From a virus (lineage: Duplodnaviria > Caudoviricetes), in IMG/VR virus record IMGVR_UViG_3300034523_000291, positions 1-57,545 of that record: a DNA stretch of 57,545 bases, one strand, 5' to 3'. Shown piece after piece: positions 27,007 through 37,006 of the stretch. The stretch's first letter is position 1. Every line of letters begins with the position of its first letter. Under the pieces are notes generated by a model. That model had not been told where the DNA came from. It saw nothing but the letters and a program-made list of their open reading frames with translations, and did not search any database. The position numbers and the translations under genes are program-made.

Positions 27007-27345
27007 ATGGAGTATCTACAGCGCCTGCTCGACAAGATCGACAGGTTCGAATTGCTGATTGCGGGCCTGATTGGGGCTGTCGTTGCGAGCTGGTGGCACA
27101 AGGACGACTTGTCTGACTGGCGCGCCTGGATGGTGTTCTTGATCACCGGGGTTGCCTGCTCGCTGTACCTGACGAGCATGGTCAGCGCCTACCTGAATGT
27201 CACGGAGCCCAAAATAGTCGCCGGGATTGGTTTTCTCCTGGGTACGTTCGGCGGCTCGCTCCTGGCAGCAATCAACCGAGCCATCAAAGCCGCTGACCTC
27301 TGGGCGCTAATTCGCCAGCGGTTCGGGGGAGGCAATCCACCATGA
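27007..27345 (+). CDS. Putative holin
   Basis: Three TM segments; at start of late operon. Confidence 0.7.
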   Translation: MEYLQRLLDKIDRFELLIAGLIGAVVASWWHKDDLSDWRAWMVFLITGVACSLYLTSMVSAYLNVTEPKIVAGIGFLLGTFGGSLLAAINRAIKAADLWALIRQRFGGGNPP

Positions 27346-27686
27346 ATCTTGAACTGATCAACTCCATCGCCTGCGGCCTTATCGCGCTGTGGGCAGCCTG
27401 GTGCGTACTGAGCGGGAAGGTGAGGGACGGCATCCTTGGGAAGCTGATCTACTCGACGATCGCCATCACCGGTTTTGTCGTGATGGTGCGCAGCCAGAAC
27501 ATCTTCTTCGGCCCAACTACCGCCGGACTGACGCTGCATGTCGCTCTGGCCCTGGCCGGTGCACGGCATATCTTCATGGTCACGTACTGGCAGCGGGTGA
27601 AGGTCTGGCTGTGCCGGACGCTGAACTGCGAGCACTGCCTGAACTGTAACAAGGCACCTGGCGGTGTCGAGCGCAGAGCCAAGTAA
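27342..27686 (+). CDS. Holin-associated membrane protein
   Basis: Three TM segments; ATGA coupling to holin. Confidence 0.65.
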   Translation: MNLELINSIACGLIALWAAWCVLSGKVRDGILGKLIYSTIAITGFVVMVRSQNIFFGPTTAGLTLHVALALAGARHIFMVTYWQRVKVWLCRTLNCEHCLNCNKAPGGVERRAK

Positions 27687-27695
27687 TGCGAGGGC

Positions 27696-28061
27696 CTACC
27701 ATCCCCCTGGAAACCACTGACGGGCGAGGCTTACCGTCACACGCAAAGCATGCTGACTTTGATCACACTCCAACTGCTGATCTTCGGGCGTTGCGGGTTT
27801 GCGCCACCTGAGATTTGCCGTTAAACCTTTGGCGTAAGATCGCTCAAATTCGGTATTCGCTTCTTTTGTAAGGCGCATGGCTTTCGCATAGTCCGCCTCA
27901 AGGTCATCAGGCAGCGATTCACAAGCCAGTTTGGCTTGCTGATACCTAACGGCATACATGTAGCCGTCAGTTGGGGCTTCGTCGTAGCTGTAGCGAGAGG
28001 GCTCCACAGCCATTGCTGGGCCAGCGATAAGTAAAGCGATGAGATACAGGCGTCCGTGCAT
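27696..28061 (-). CDS. Secreted hypothetical protein (moron)
   Basis: Signal peptide ending AMA; two Cys. Confidence 0.65.
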   Translation of the reverse strand: MHGRLYLIALLIAGPAMAVEPSRYSYDEAPTDGYMYAVRYQQAKLACESLPDDLEADYAKAMRLTKEANTEFERSYAKGLTANLRWRKPATPEDQQLECDQSQHALRVTVSLARQWFPGGW

Positions 28062-28176
28062 GGGTTTGAGTCTCGAAAAAATCAAATTTGGCGGAGTATA
28101 CCTGGCTCATCCGCGCCACGTTTTCGAATGCGCCAAATCGTGGCGCGGATTAGAGTTACCTGCTCAGTCAACCTAC

Positions 28177-28509
28177 TTATCCATTCATACGTGCCGCCAG
28201 TAAGGCTCGCTCCTTGCTGAGAGGTTTGAGCACCGCGGGTTGCTCTCCGATTTTCATGAACAGGAAATAATGGTCCTGATCATCGTGCAGGATACGGTAG
28301 ACGTCAGCTGTTCTGTCAGTGCTTGGCGAAGTCAGCTTGTCCACAATTAACGTGTAAGCGCTAACTCCCAGCTTCTCCAAAGCTGTCTGCAGCTCTGCGT
28401 CAATCCGTGATCGCCATTTTTTCATGTTGTGTCGATACGCTAGGACTGCAAGCACGATTGCCATTATTGGCATTACGCCGGCCGCGAAGACGGTAAATAA
28501 CGTATCCAT
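28177..28509 (-). CDS. Membrane-anchored hypothetical protein (moron)
   Basis: N-terminal TM segment. Confidence 0.65.
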   Translation of the reverse strand: MDTLFTVFAAGVMPIMAIVLAVLAYRHNMKKWRSRIDAELQTALEKLGVSAYTLIVDKLTSPSTDRTADVYRILHDDQDHYFLFMKIGEQPAVLKPLSKERALLAARMNG

Positions 28510-28584
28510 GATCTCTCTTTGTTAAATAAGAAAACTGTTTATGAATACCCGCAAGCTTGAAAGGCGGCAAGAGAAGGTCACGAT

Positions 28585-29199
28585 ATGATTCGACCAATGC
28601 CGCCACTATCGCTGCTTGAATTGTCCGACTTTGGTGTTCGCATTACCCCAGCTCCCGAGGTATGGGAATGGCTCCAAGCCGAGATCCTTGCCGACACCGG
28701 CATCATTCACAACGAAGACCATGCTCACCTACTGGATGCAGACATCCGGATCATGTGGGCGTCGTCGAGCTTCACCAAGCACGGCCGCACTGTCCTGGGC
28801 CAAGCCGAGCAGGTAGCGTTCCGCGCCGGTGGTTGGCAGAAAGCCCGGATGGAGCAGCAGATGCGTGACTGGTTCGGCGATGTGCCGGCTTTCATCATCA
28901 CGCTGGCCGCTGACTACTGCGCCCAGTGCAGCGACCTTGAGTTTTGCGCCTTGATCGAACACGAGCTGTATCACCTGGCTCACGCGACCGACAAGTACGG
29001 TCAACCAGCATTCACCCAAGACGGTGCACCTAAGATCAAGCTGCAGGGCCACGACGTCGGAGAGTTCGTCGGGGTTGTCCGCCGCTATGGTGCGAGCCCT
29101 GACGTTCAAGCGTTGGTGGATGCTGCAAACAGACCTGCTGAGGTGGGGAAATTGAACATTGCGAGGGCCTGCGGAACCTGTCTGCTCAAGTCGGCCTGA
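28585..29199 (+). CDS. Putative phage metallopeptidase
   Basis: LIEHELYH; HDV.EF.GVVRRYG. Confidence 0.8.
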   Translation: MIRPMPPLSLLELSDFGVRITPAPEVWEWLQAEILADTGIIHNEDHAHLLDADIRIMWASSSFTKHGRTVLGQAEQVAFRAGGWQKARMEQQMRDWFGDVPAFIITLAADYCAQCSDLEFCALIEHELYHLAHATDKYGQPAFTQDGAPKIKLQGHDVGEFVGVVRRYGASPDVQALVDAANRPAEVGKLNIARACGTCLLKSA

Positions 29200-29231
29200 T
29201 TCCATGACAGGTATTGACGGATGACAACCAT

Positions 29232-29708
29232 ATGGCAGTACTACGAAGCGAGGTCAAAGCCTTCATCGTTCAGGCTCTGGCCTGCTTCGATACGCCGTCC
29301 CAGGTGGTAGCAGCGGTCAAGACAGAATTCGGGATTGAGATCACCCGACAGCAATGCGAAACGCACGACCCGACAAAGTTTGCCGGGCAGAAGCTCGGCA
29401 AGACCTGGGTGGACCTGTTCCACGCTGCTCGCAAGCGATTCCGTGAAGAGACAACCGATATCCCCATTGCCAATCGCGCGTACCGACTTCGCGGTCTTGG
29501 GCGGCTGGCCGAGAAGGCTGAGAGCATGCGCAACCTGGCGCTGACTGCTCAGTTGTATGAGCAGGCCGCCAAAGAAGTGGGCGATGCCTACGTGAATCGC
29601 CGCCTTGAACCTGAAAAGCCTTTGGGCTCCCACGCTGACCAGCAGCACGCCGTTGCTGAGTACACCCTGGAGCCTGATGAGAATGTCCCCGCTACCCCGT
29701 ACCTATGA
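29232..29708 (+). CDS. Terminase small subunit (DUF2280-like)
   Basis: KAFIVQALACFDTPSQV..PIANRAYRL; upstream of large subunit. Confidence 0.8.
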   Translation: MAVLRSEVKAFIVQALACFDTPSQVVAAVKTEFGIEITRQQCETHDPTKFAGQKLGKTWVDLFHAARKRFREETTDIPIANRAYRLRGLGRLAEKAESMRNLALTAQLYEQAAKEVGDAYVNRRLEPEKPLGSHADQQHAVAEYTLEPDENVPATPYL

Positions 29709-31002
29709 CCCGCCGGTAAAGCTGACGCCGAAACAGGCGAACATTTACTGCTGGGGCTTCCAGCCTCAGGCGCGTTTCCGCGATGCTGTATGTGGTCGAC
29801 GGTTCGGCAAGACGTTCTTGGGCAAAGCTGAGATGCGCCGCGCAGCTCGCCTGGCTGCTGAGTGGGGCGTGAGCGTCGAGGACGAGATCTGGTACGGCGC
29901 GCCTACGTTCAAGCAGGCCAAGCGCGTGTTCTGGCGCCGGCTGAAGCAGGCGATCCCTGAAGCGTGGCGTGCACACCGCCCGAACGAAACTGAATGCTCG
30001 ATCACGCTCAAGTCTGGCCACGTCATGCGTGTGGTAGGGCTCGACAATTACGACAACTTGCGCGGCTCCGGTCTGTTCTTCGTCTTGGTGGATGAGTGGG
30101 CGGACTGCCCGTGGGAAGCATGGGAAGAAGTCCTTCGGCCGATGCTCTCGACCTGCCAATACTCGATACCGGGCATCGGTATGCGAAAAGGTGGTCACGC
30201 GCTGCGCATCGGCACGCCGAAGGGCTTCAACCATTGCTACGACACGTTCCTTGATGGCCGGCCAGGCCATGAGCCCGATCACAAGAGTTGGCTCTACACC
30301 TCGCTCGACGGTGGCAACGTTCCGGCTGAAGAGCTGGAAGCTGCCCGCCGCAAGATGGACCCTCGGACCTTCCGGCAAGAATACGAGGCCAGCTTCGAGA
30401 ACTACCAGGGCGTCGTCTACTACACGTTCAATCGTGAGGCGAACCGAACCAGCGAGACGATCAAGCGCGGCGAGGCGCTGCACATCGGCATGGACTTCAA
30501 CGTCATGAAGATGGCCGCCGTGGTGCATGTCATCCGTGACGATTTGCCATTGGCCCTCAGCGAGTTCTCCGAGGTGCGTGACACACCGGAGATGATCGAG
30601 AAGATCAAGCTTCGCTTCCCTGATCACAGCATTGCGATCTACCCAGACGCCAGCGGCCAGAACACAAGCAGCAAGAGCGCGAGCGAGTCTGATCTATCAC
30701 TGCTCAGGAAGGCTGGTTTCACCGTAGTGGTGGATTCGACCAACCCCGCGGTAAAAGACAGGGTTAACGCCATGTGCGCAATGTTCGCCAACACGTATGG
30801 CGAGCACCGCTACCTGGTCAACGTTGACCAATGCCCGAAATATACGCAGTGCCTGGAGCGGCAGATCTACACGGACAAGGGTGAGCCCGACAAGAAGGCC
30901 GGATACGACCACCTCGTGGACGCCCCTGGCTACTTCATTGCCAAGCGCTACCCGATCAAAACACGCACAGGCGGAACACGCCGAATTGGAGGCTTGGCCT
31001 GA
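29683..31002 (+). CDS. terL: Terminase large subunit
   Basis: Walker A GRRFGKT, Walker B VLVDE, IGMDFN nuclease motif. Confidence 0.95.
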   Translation: MSPLPRTYDPPVKLTPKQANIYCWGFQPQARFRDAVCGRRFGKTFLGKAEMRRAARLAAEWGVSVEDEIWYGAPTFKQAKRVFWRRLKQAIPEAWRAHRPNETECSITLKSGHVMRVVGLDNYDNLRGSGLFFVLVDEWADCPWEAWEEVLRPMLSTCQYSIPGIGMRKGGHALRIGTPKGFNHCYDTFLDGRPGHEPDHKSWLYTSLDGGNVPAEELEAARRKMDPRTFRQEYEASFENYQGVVYYTFNREANRTSETIKRGEALHIGMDFNVMKMAAVVHVIRDDLPLALSEFSEVRDTPEMIEKIKLRFPDHSIAIYPDASGQNTSSKSASESDLSLLRKAGFTVVVDSTNPAVKDRVNAMCAMFANTYGEHRYLVNVDQCPKYTQCLERQIYTDKGEPDKKAGYDHLVDAPGYFIAKRYPIKTRTGGTRRIGGLA

Positions 31003-32462
31003 TGCCAGTGCAATCGACAAACCCCGACTACGACGCGCACATCGCGGAGTGGGAGATGATGGACGACGCGCTCGAGGGTGAGTGCGCCGTGAAGCGCAAC
31101 GAGCGCAACCTGCCCAAGCCGAGCGGTATGGTTGAGGCCGAGAAGATCGACGCCGCGGGCAACAAGTACCTCTACGAGAACTACACCAGCCGGGCTCAGT
31201 ACGAGCATTGGGTGCGCGACTCGTTGCGTTCGATGATGGGGCTGGTGTCTCGGCTGATTCCTGAGATCGAACTACCGTCTGGCCTGAAAGGGCTGGAGGA
31301 CAACGCCACAGCCGACGGCTTCGGCCTGAAGCAGTTGTTCTTCCGGATGGTGCGCCAGGCCATTTCCCACGGCCGGGTACCGCTGGTGGTGAACATCGAC
31401 GAGAGCGGCGAGCCATACTTCTCGACGTACGCCACCCGCAACGCCATAAATTGGGACACTGCTGATCAGGGCGGGCGGCAGGATCTGGTCCTTTCGGTGT
31501 TCCGCGAGTTTCGCAAGAAGGGCGGCGATCGCTACAGCCACGATTGCGACACGGTTTTCCGGGAGTTCTTCATGCTGGGCGATGTTTGCTACACCTCGGT
31601 GCGAAATGAAGGCGGCGAGCTGGTCGAGGACGAAAAGCCGCTGGGCACCACCGGAACTAACAACCGCTTGGTCAAAGGCCTGCCATACCTGCCCGTGATC
31701 TACTGCGGTTCGACCGACAACTCCCCGGATGTTGATGAGGTGCCGCTGCTGACCATGGCGCGGTCCGCATTGAAGTCCTACCAGATCAGCGCTGACTACT
31801 TCAGCTCTCTGCATCAGACCAGTCACCCGCAACCGTGGGTTTCCGGTCTGGATGAGGCTGTAGAGCTGAGTGTGACTGGTCCTTCGGCAGCATGGGACCT
31901 TGGCCCAAGCGGCAAGGCTGAATATCTGGAGTTCAAGGGCACCGGCATTGAAGCCAACCGCAAAGCGATGGATGACCAGAAGAACGCCGCGCTTGAGGCA
32001 GGCGCCAAGGTCATGGACGTGGCCGGCACTGAGTCGGGCGAGGCGCGCAAAACGCGTCAGAACGACCAGCACGCCACGTTGCACAGCATCGTCATCACGG
32101 TGGCCGAGGCGGTGGAGCAAGGCTTGCGGTACGCAGCCGAGTGGAAGGGCTACGACCCCAAGCAGGTCAAGTTCAAGGTAAATCCTGAGTTCGTGACCCC
32201 GGTGGTCGACGCCCAAGTGCTCGCCGAACTGCTCAAGGGCGTGATGGCCGGCACGATCAGCGCCGACACCTACTGGCAGTACCTCACCACCGGCAAGCTG
32301 CCGGAGCGCCCATACGAAGACGAAGCCGAACTGATCAGCGATGAGCGCGAGTCGGCCGGCATCAACTTGGACAAAGACGATGCCAACGACAAACCTGGTG
32401 CAGGCGGACAGCCAACTGCTGGAGCAGACGACGCGCCACTCGGTAATGCTGGAGCGGCTTAA
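31002..32462 (+). CDS. Portal protein (DUF4055-like)
   Basis: Size and position after terL; YQISADY..LH..P motif. Confidence 0.85.
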   Translation: MPVQSTNPDYDAHIAEWEMMDDALEGECAVKRNERNLPKPSGMVEAEKIDAAGNKYLYENYTSRAQYEHWVRDSLRSMMGLVSRLIPEIELPSGLKGLEDNATADGFGLKQLFFRMVRQAISHGRVPLVVNIDESGEPYFSTYATRNAINWDTADQGGRQDLVLSVFREFRKKGGDRYSHDCDTVFREFFMLGDVCYTSVRNEGGELVEDEKPLGTTGTNNRLVKGLPYLPVIYCGSTDNSPDVDEVPLLTMARSALKSYQISADYFSSLHQTSHPQPWVSGLDEAVELSVTGPSAAWDLGPSGKAEYLEFKGTGIEANRKAMDDQKNAALEAGAKVMDVAGTESGEARKTRQNDQHATLHSIVITVAEAVEQGLRYAAEWKGYDPKQVKFKVNPEFVTPVVDAQVLAELLKGVMAGTISADTYWQYLTTGKLPERPYEDEAELISDERESAGINLDKDDANDKPGAGGQPTAGADDAPLGNAGAA

Positions 32463-33492
32463 GGCCGGCGAGGTCAAGAAGTTCGAGAAGTACCTACGCC
32501 AGATCGATAAGCTGGTGCGGGATCAACTCACCCGCAAGGAACTGACCACTTACAGCCGGGACCGCCTTGAGCAGTTCCTGGCCCGTGTGGACGGCAAGCT
32601 GCTGGAGATCTACAAGGCCTACCGCGACCTGGTGCAGGCCGATCTGGTCGACATCGCGCTGTATGAGTCGAGCTTTGAGGCCAAAAGCCTGAGCAATGCG
32701 CTCTCTATCGACGCTGTGGTGCCGACCAACACGGTGATCCGCGCTGCGGTGTTCTCCTACCCGCTACAGGTGAAGGGCATCGACGGCGGCAAGCTGCTGA
32801 AGAGCTTCGTCAGCGGCTGGACGCGGACCGAGACGATGCGTGTCACGAACACCATCCGGCTCGGCTTCGGCCAGGGCCAGACCAATGCCCAGATCATCCA
32901 GGCGATTCGCGGCACCGCGGCGCAAAACTTCACGGACGGCGTCCTGGCGGTGAGCAACCGCAACGCTGCCGCCGTGGTGCAGACGGCAATCCAGCATGTG
33001 GCCACCACGGCACGAATGGAGACGCTTAAGGCCAACAGTGACGTGGTGCTGGGCTATCGTTGGGTGTCGACGCTTGACCGCAAGACCTCGCAACAGTGCA
33101 AGGGCCTGGATGGGATGCGCTTCGACCTTGGCAAAGGCCCGCTGCCGCCAGCGCACATCAACTGCCGGTCAACCACGGTGCCGACCACCAGGCTCTCAGA
33201 GATGTTCGCCAAGGACGCCACGCGGGCTTCGGTGGGCGACAATGGGGGGGCGCAGGTCGATGCAGGTCTGAACTACTACGAGTGGCTGGCAACGCAACCG
33301 GCGAGGTTCCAAGACCATGCTCTTGGGCCGGTCCGGGGCAAGTTGTTCCGCGATGGCGGGCTGACTCCGGAGAAGTTTGCCAAGCTGCAGCTCGACAAGT
33401 CGTTCAAACCGCTGACCCTGGCGCAGCTGAAGAACGCAGAGCCCGACATGTTCACCCGAGCAGGCGTTACACTCGGCGCACCACCAGGTTGA
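32380..33492 (+). CDS. Minor head morphogenesis protein (Mu gpF-like)
   Basis: WVSTLD.KTS..C..LDG..PPAHINCRS. Confidence 0.88.
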   Translation: MPTTNLVQADSQLLEQTTRHSVMLERLKAGEVKKFEKYLRQIDKLVRDQLTRKELTTYSRDRLEQFLARVDGKLLEIYKAYRDLVQADLVDIALYESSFEAKSLSNALSIDAVVPTNTVIRAAVFSYPLQVKGIDGGKLLKSFVSGWTRTETMRVTNTIRLGFGQGQTNAQIIQAIRGTAAQNFTDGVLAVSNRNAAAVVQTAIQHVATTARMETLKANSDVVLGYRWVSTLDRKTSQQCKGLDGMRFDLGKGPLPPAHINCRSTTVPTTRLSEMFAKDATRASVGDNGGAQVDAGLNYYEWLATQPARFQDHALGPVRGKLFRDGGLTPEKFAKLQLDKSFKPLTLAQLKNAEPDMFTRAGVTLGAPPG

Positions 33493-33500
33493 GATAGCAC

Positions 33501-33986
33501 ATGCAGATCATCGTTGAGGACGGGAAGGGCAGGCCAGACGCGAATAGCTTCGTGCCGCTGGAGAAGCTGACCTTCTACCGCGACTACTACGGGTTCCGGA
33601 TACCTGAAGAAGAGGCTGACCAGGCCGGACTGCTGCTGCGCGCTGCGGCCGATATCAACGGTCGCCAGTGGAAGGGTCGCAAGGCCAATCCTGAGCAGGC
33701 AATGGCGTGGCCCCGCCGTGACTGCAAGATTGAATACCAGACGCTGTCCGAGACGTTCGTGCCCTTTGAGCTTGAATGGGGTCAAGTGCGGCTGGCAGTC
33801 GAGCTGTACGCTGCCGAGAAGGGCATCCAGATCGTGGAGCCAACGCATTGCACTGAGCCTAATGGCCGCCGCTCCCGGCTTAACCGCGATACGCCCGGGT
33901 TTCGCATGCGCCCGCCGCCATACGCGCCGAGCAGAACGCAATTCGCCGATTACCTGGTTATGCGCGGGCTCTCGATAGTCCGATAG
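33501..33986 (+). CDS. DnaT-like head-tail adaptor family protein
   Basis: IIVEDG.G..DANSFV..WKG..Q.MAWPR. Confidence 0.7.
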   Translation: MQIIVEDGKGRPDANSFVPLEKLTFYRDYYGFRIPEEEADQAGLLLRAAADINGRQWKGRKANPEQAMAWPRRDCKIEYQTLSETFVPFELEWGQVRLAVELYAAEKGIQIVEPTHCTEPNGRRSRLNRDTPGFRMRPPPYAPSRTQFADYLVMRGLSIVR

Positions 33987-34003
33987 AACACAGAATTCAC
34001 ACC

Positions 34004-34028
34004 AAGCCGCCCAATGGGCGGTTTTTTT
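34004..34028 (+). terminator. Intrinsic terminator
   Basis: GCCGCCCA-A-TGGGCGG-TTTTTTT. Confidence 0.7.
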
Positions 34029-34070
34029 ATGCCTGCAAAGCGGGCCGACCAAACCCAAGGGGTGCACCAA

Positions 34071-34808
34071 GTGGCAGACGAAAACCAGATTGATCTTGAA
34101 GACCCGGCAGTAAAAACCGCCATTGCCGCCGCAGTGGATGCAGCCACCCTGGGCCTCAAGAACAAAAACACCGAGCTGCTAGGCTCGCTCCGGACCACCA
34201 AGACCGAGCTGGACGGCTTCAAGTCCCAGTTCGAAGGCCTGGACATCGCATCAGTGAAAGGCCTGCTTAATAAGGTTGGTCAGGATGAAGAGACCAAGCT
34301 GATCGCCGAGGGCAAGCTGGACGAGGTCATCACCCGCCGCACAGAGCGCCTGCGCACCGACTACGACACCAAGCTGGCCGCCGAGAAAGCCCGTGCCGAC
34401 AAGGCTGAGCAATTCGCAGCTAAGTACAGCGACAAGGTGCTGGCCGACTCCATCCGCGCCGCAGCCATCAAGGCCGGCGCGCTCCCCGAGGCCGCCGAGG
34501 ACATCATCCTGCGCGCCCGGGGTACTTTCAAACTCAGTGAAGACGGTGAGGCGATTGCCACTGACCGTGACGGCGAGGTCGTTTACGGGAAGGACGGGAA
34601 GACCCCGCTGTCGCCGCTCGAATGGGCGGAATCCCTGCGTGAAACAGCAACACACCTGTGGCCAAGGGCTCAGGGCGCCGGGCAGACCGGCGACAACGGT
34701 GGCAAGGCCACGAAAAAGTGGGGCGAGTACACGGAAACCGAACGCGCTGCGATCGCCCGTGACAATCCCGATCTCTTCAAGAAAATCCAGGCCACCAAAG
34801 GAACCTAA
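34071..34808 (+). CDS. Capsid scaffolding protein
   Basis: Coiled coil GLKNKN.ELL; directly upstream of the capsid gene. Confidence 0.8.
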   Translation: MADENQIDLEDPAVKTAIAAAVDAATLGLKNKNTELLGSLRTTKTELDGFKSQFEGLDIASVKGLLNKVGQDEETKLIAEGKLDEVITRRTERLRTDYDTKLAAEKARADKAEQFAAKYSDKVLADSIRAAAIKAGALPEAAEDIILRARGTFKLSEDGEAIATDRDGEVVYGKDGKTPLSPLEWAESLRETATHLWPRAQGAGQTGDNGGKATKKWGEYTETERAAIARDNPDLFKKIQATKGT

Positions 34809-34811
34809 TCC

Positions 34812-35789
34812 ATGCCAACTACCCAATTGACCGACATCTTCGTCGGCGACTACTACGCCTCCCTGGCGCCGGTTAACAGCCCGGAAAAGACCGCTGTATA
34901 CGAGTCGGGCATCGTGACTCGCTCTCCTGTGCTGGACGCGATTGCTTCCGGCAGCCAGGGCACCGCTGAGATCAGCTACTGGCAGGATCTCAACGCCGAT
35001 GAAGCGCCGAACATCAGCAATGACGACCCGAATGACCAGGGCGAAGTCGGAAAGGTCACCCAGGACAGCATGCGTGCCCGGGTTCTGTACCTCAACAAAG
35101 GCTACGGTGTTACTGACCTGACCGCTGAGCTGGCGAACACCGAACCTCAGCAGCAGATCCGCAACCGCTTCGGCACCTACTGGACCCGCCAGTGGCAGCG
35201 TTACACCCTGGGCGCGGCTCGCGGCATCATCGCCTCGAACATCGCGAACAACGCCGGTGACATGGTCATCGACGCGGGCGCGACCATCAGTGCGAATGCC
35301 TTCCAGGATGCCGCGTTTACCGCCGGCGATGCGGCTGACCAGTTCGGCGCGATCGGCGTTCACTCAGTGGTGATGAACCAGATGGTCAAGCAGGACCTTA
35401 TCGAGTACCTGCGTGACTCGGACGGCAAGATCATCCTGGCCACCTACCTCGGCAAGCCGGTGTTCATGGACGACGCCCTGGTGTACGGCGCGGGCAAGTA
35501 CTTGTCCGTGTTCTTCGGCCAGGGCGCTTTCGGCTACGGCGAAGGCACGCCGAAAGTGCCGGTAGAGCTCGAGCGTAAGCCCGGCGGAGGTAACGGCGGC
35601 GGTGCCGAAGTGCTGTGGGAGCGGAAGACTTACATCCTCCAGCCTGCCGGCTTCAGCTGGAAGGGTTCCGAAGCTCAGAACCTCAGCCCAAACGCGACTC
35701 AGTATGCCTCCGCGGGCAACTGGGAGCGTGTATTCAGCCGCAAGCAGGTCCCGTTCGCCGCTGTGATCAGCGGTACCACCACGCCGTAA
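34812..35789 (+). CDS. Major capsid protein
   Basis: 325 aa; TYLGKPVFMDD, WER.TYILQP.GFSW; position. Confidence 0.88.
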   Translation: MPTTQLTDIFVGDYYASLAPVNSPEKTAVYESGIVTRSPVLDAIASGSQGTAEISYWQDLNADEAPNISNDDPNDQGEVGKVTQDSMRARVLYLNKGYGVTDLTAELANTEPQQQIRNRFGTYWTRQWQRYTLGAARGIIASNIANNAGDMVIDAGATISANAFQDAAFTAGDAADQFGAIGVHSVVMNQMVKQDLIEYLRDSDGKIILATYLGKPVFMDDALVYGAGKYLSVFFGQGAFGYGEGTPKVPVELERKPGGGNGGGAEVLWERKTYILQPAGFSWKGSEAQNLSPNATQYASAGNWERVFSRKQVPFAAVISGTTTP

Positions 35790-35844
35790 TCCGGCCCACA
35801 CAGCCTGGCGCCCTTATGGCGCCGGGATGCTTTTGAGGTGACTC

Positions 35845-36150
35845 ATGAAAGTAATCTACACGGACAAGCCGGGCAAAGAGCGCGGCGTGTGCTACCGCCT
35901 GCTGAGCGAATTCTTCGGTGTCATCGGTTCCGCTACCGAGGTGGTGGTTGATGGCGATGCCCCGGACATCTTCGACGCCTACCAAGCGGCCGGCATCAAG
36001 GTGTCCGACGGCAAAGATTCAGAGATCAAAGAAACCGATCCTCTGAAAATGAAGGTCCCCGAGCTGAAAGAATGGCTGACCGAGAAGGGCATTGCCTTCG
36101 ACCCGTCCGCCAAGAAAGAAGACCTGCAGGCCCTGGTGCCAGCGGAATAA
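35845..36150 (+). CDS. HeH/LEM-domain head-associated protein
   Basis: MKVPELKEWL.EKGI.F..AKKEDL. Confidence 0.75.
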   Translation: MKVIYTDKPGKERGVCYRLLSEFFGVIGSATEVVVDGDAPDIFDAYQAAGIKVSDGKDSEIKETDPLKMKVPELKEWLTEKGIAFDPSAKKEDLQALVPAE

Positions 36151-36160
36151 GGACAAGCAC

Positions 36161-36538
36161 ATGACCGACTTCATCACCGTTGCCGATGTTGACGCCCAGC
36201 TCGGTCCTGACTGGTCCGGCACCGGTGATCCGGTCCTTGCTGTGACTATGGCAAACGCCTGGCTCACAGCCAAGATTAAGCGGGCTGTTCCTGATCCGGT
36301 TCCGACCGAGATCAAAACAGCCGGCGCCCAGGTCGCCAAAGAGGCGGCGGCGGGCACACTGTACACAGCAACACAGAAGGAAGTGCAGAGTAAGACGGTC
36401 TCGGCTCAGTCCGGGACATCGGTGAGCAAAACCTACGTGGCGGGCTCGACCGATCAGTCGGCTGGCGTGAACTTCGCCCTGGCGCTGCTAGCGCCGTGGA
36501 TCAAGCGTTCCGGCGTGATGATGCTGAAAAGGATCTGA
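36161..36538 (+). CDS. Head-tail connector
   Basis: FITVADVD..; position. Confidence 0.7.
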   Translation: MTDFITVADVDAQLGPDWSGTGDPVLAVTMANAWLTAKIKRAVPDPVPTEIKTAGAQVAKEAAAGTLYTATQKEVQSKTVSAQSGTSVSKTYVAGSTDQSAGVNFALALLAPWIKRSGVMMLKRI

Positions 36539-36540
36539 TC

Positions 36541-36933
36541 ATGGGCATGCGTGAAGAGATCCAGGCCGAATTGGCCGAGTCGTTCGACGATCCTGATGGC
36601 CTGGCAGATGCCGTCAAGCCGGTGACAGGCGTTCGCAAGGTCGCTGGCGAGTATGATCCGGACCTGGGCGGCGAAACGCCGGAGACCACCGTGACGTACT
36701 CGGGGCGCGGTGTCTTTGGCAGCTACCTGTCTAAGGAAATCGACGGTTCACTGATTCAGACAACCGACAAGAAACTGCTGGTGCTGCAAAACGAGCTGTT
36801 CGTGTCGGCGGCCGGTGTTCCGACGGCGGTACCGGCCGCTCCGGCCATTGGCGATATCGTCAACGAGCTACGGGTGATGAATGTGTCTGCGGATCCTGCT
36901 GATGCAACGTGGACCATGCAGTTGAGGAAGTGA
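36541..36933 (+). CDS. Head closure protein
   Basis: YDP..IDG.LIQ.TD..DPA.ATW..QLR. Confidence 0.7.
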   Translation: MGMREEIQAELAESFDDPDGLADAVKPVTGVRKVAGEYDPDLGGETPETTVTYSGRGVFGSYLSKEIDGSLIQTTDKKLLVLQNELFVSAAGVPTAVPAAPAIGDIVNELRVMNVSADPADATWTMQLRK

Positions 36934-37006
36934 AAGACAGCGAGAAGCTGATAGCCTCATTGAGCTCTTTTGGCTTTTTTCTCAATTTGCACGTGTTTTT
37001 GAACGC

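Noticed and set aside
29692-35363. Long antisense ORFs (e.g. 29692-30627, 31272-32477, 34251-35363)
   Set aside because: Shadows of high-GC structural genes with no recognisable motifs
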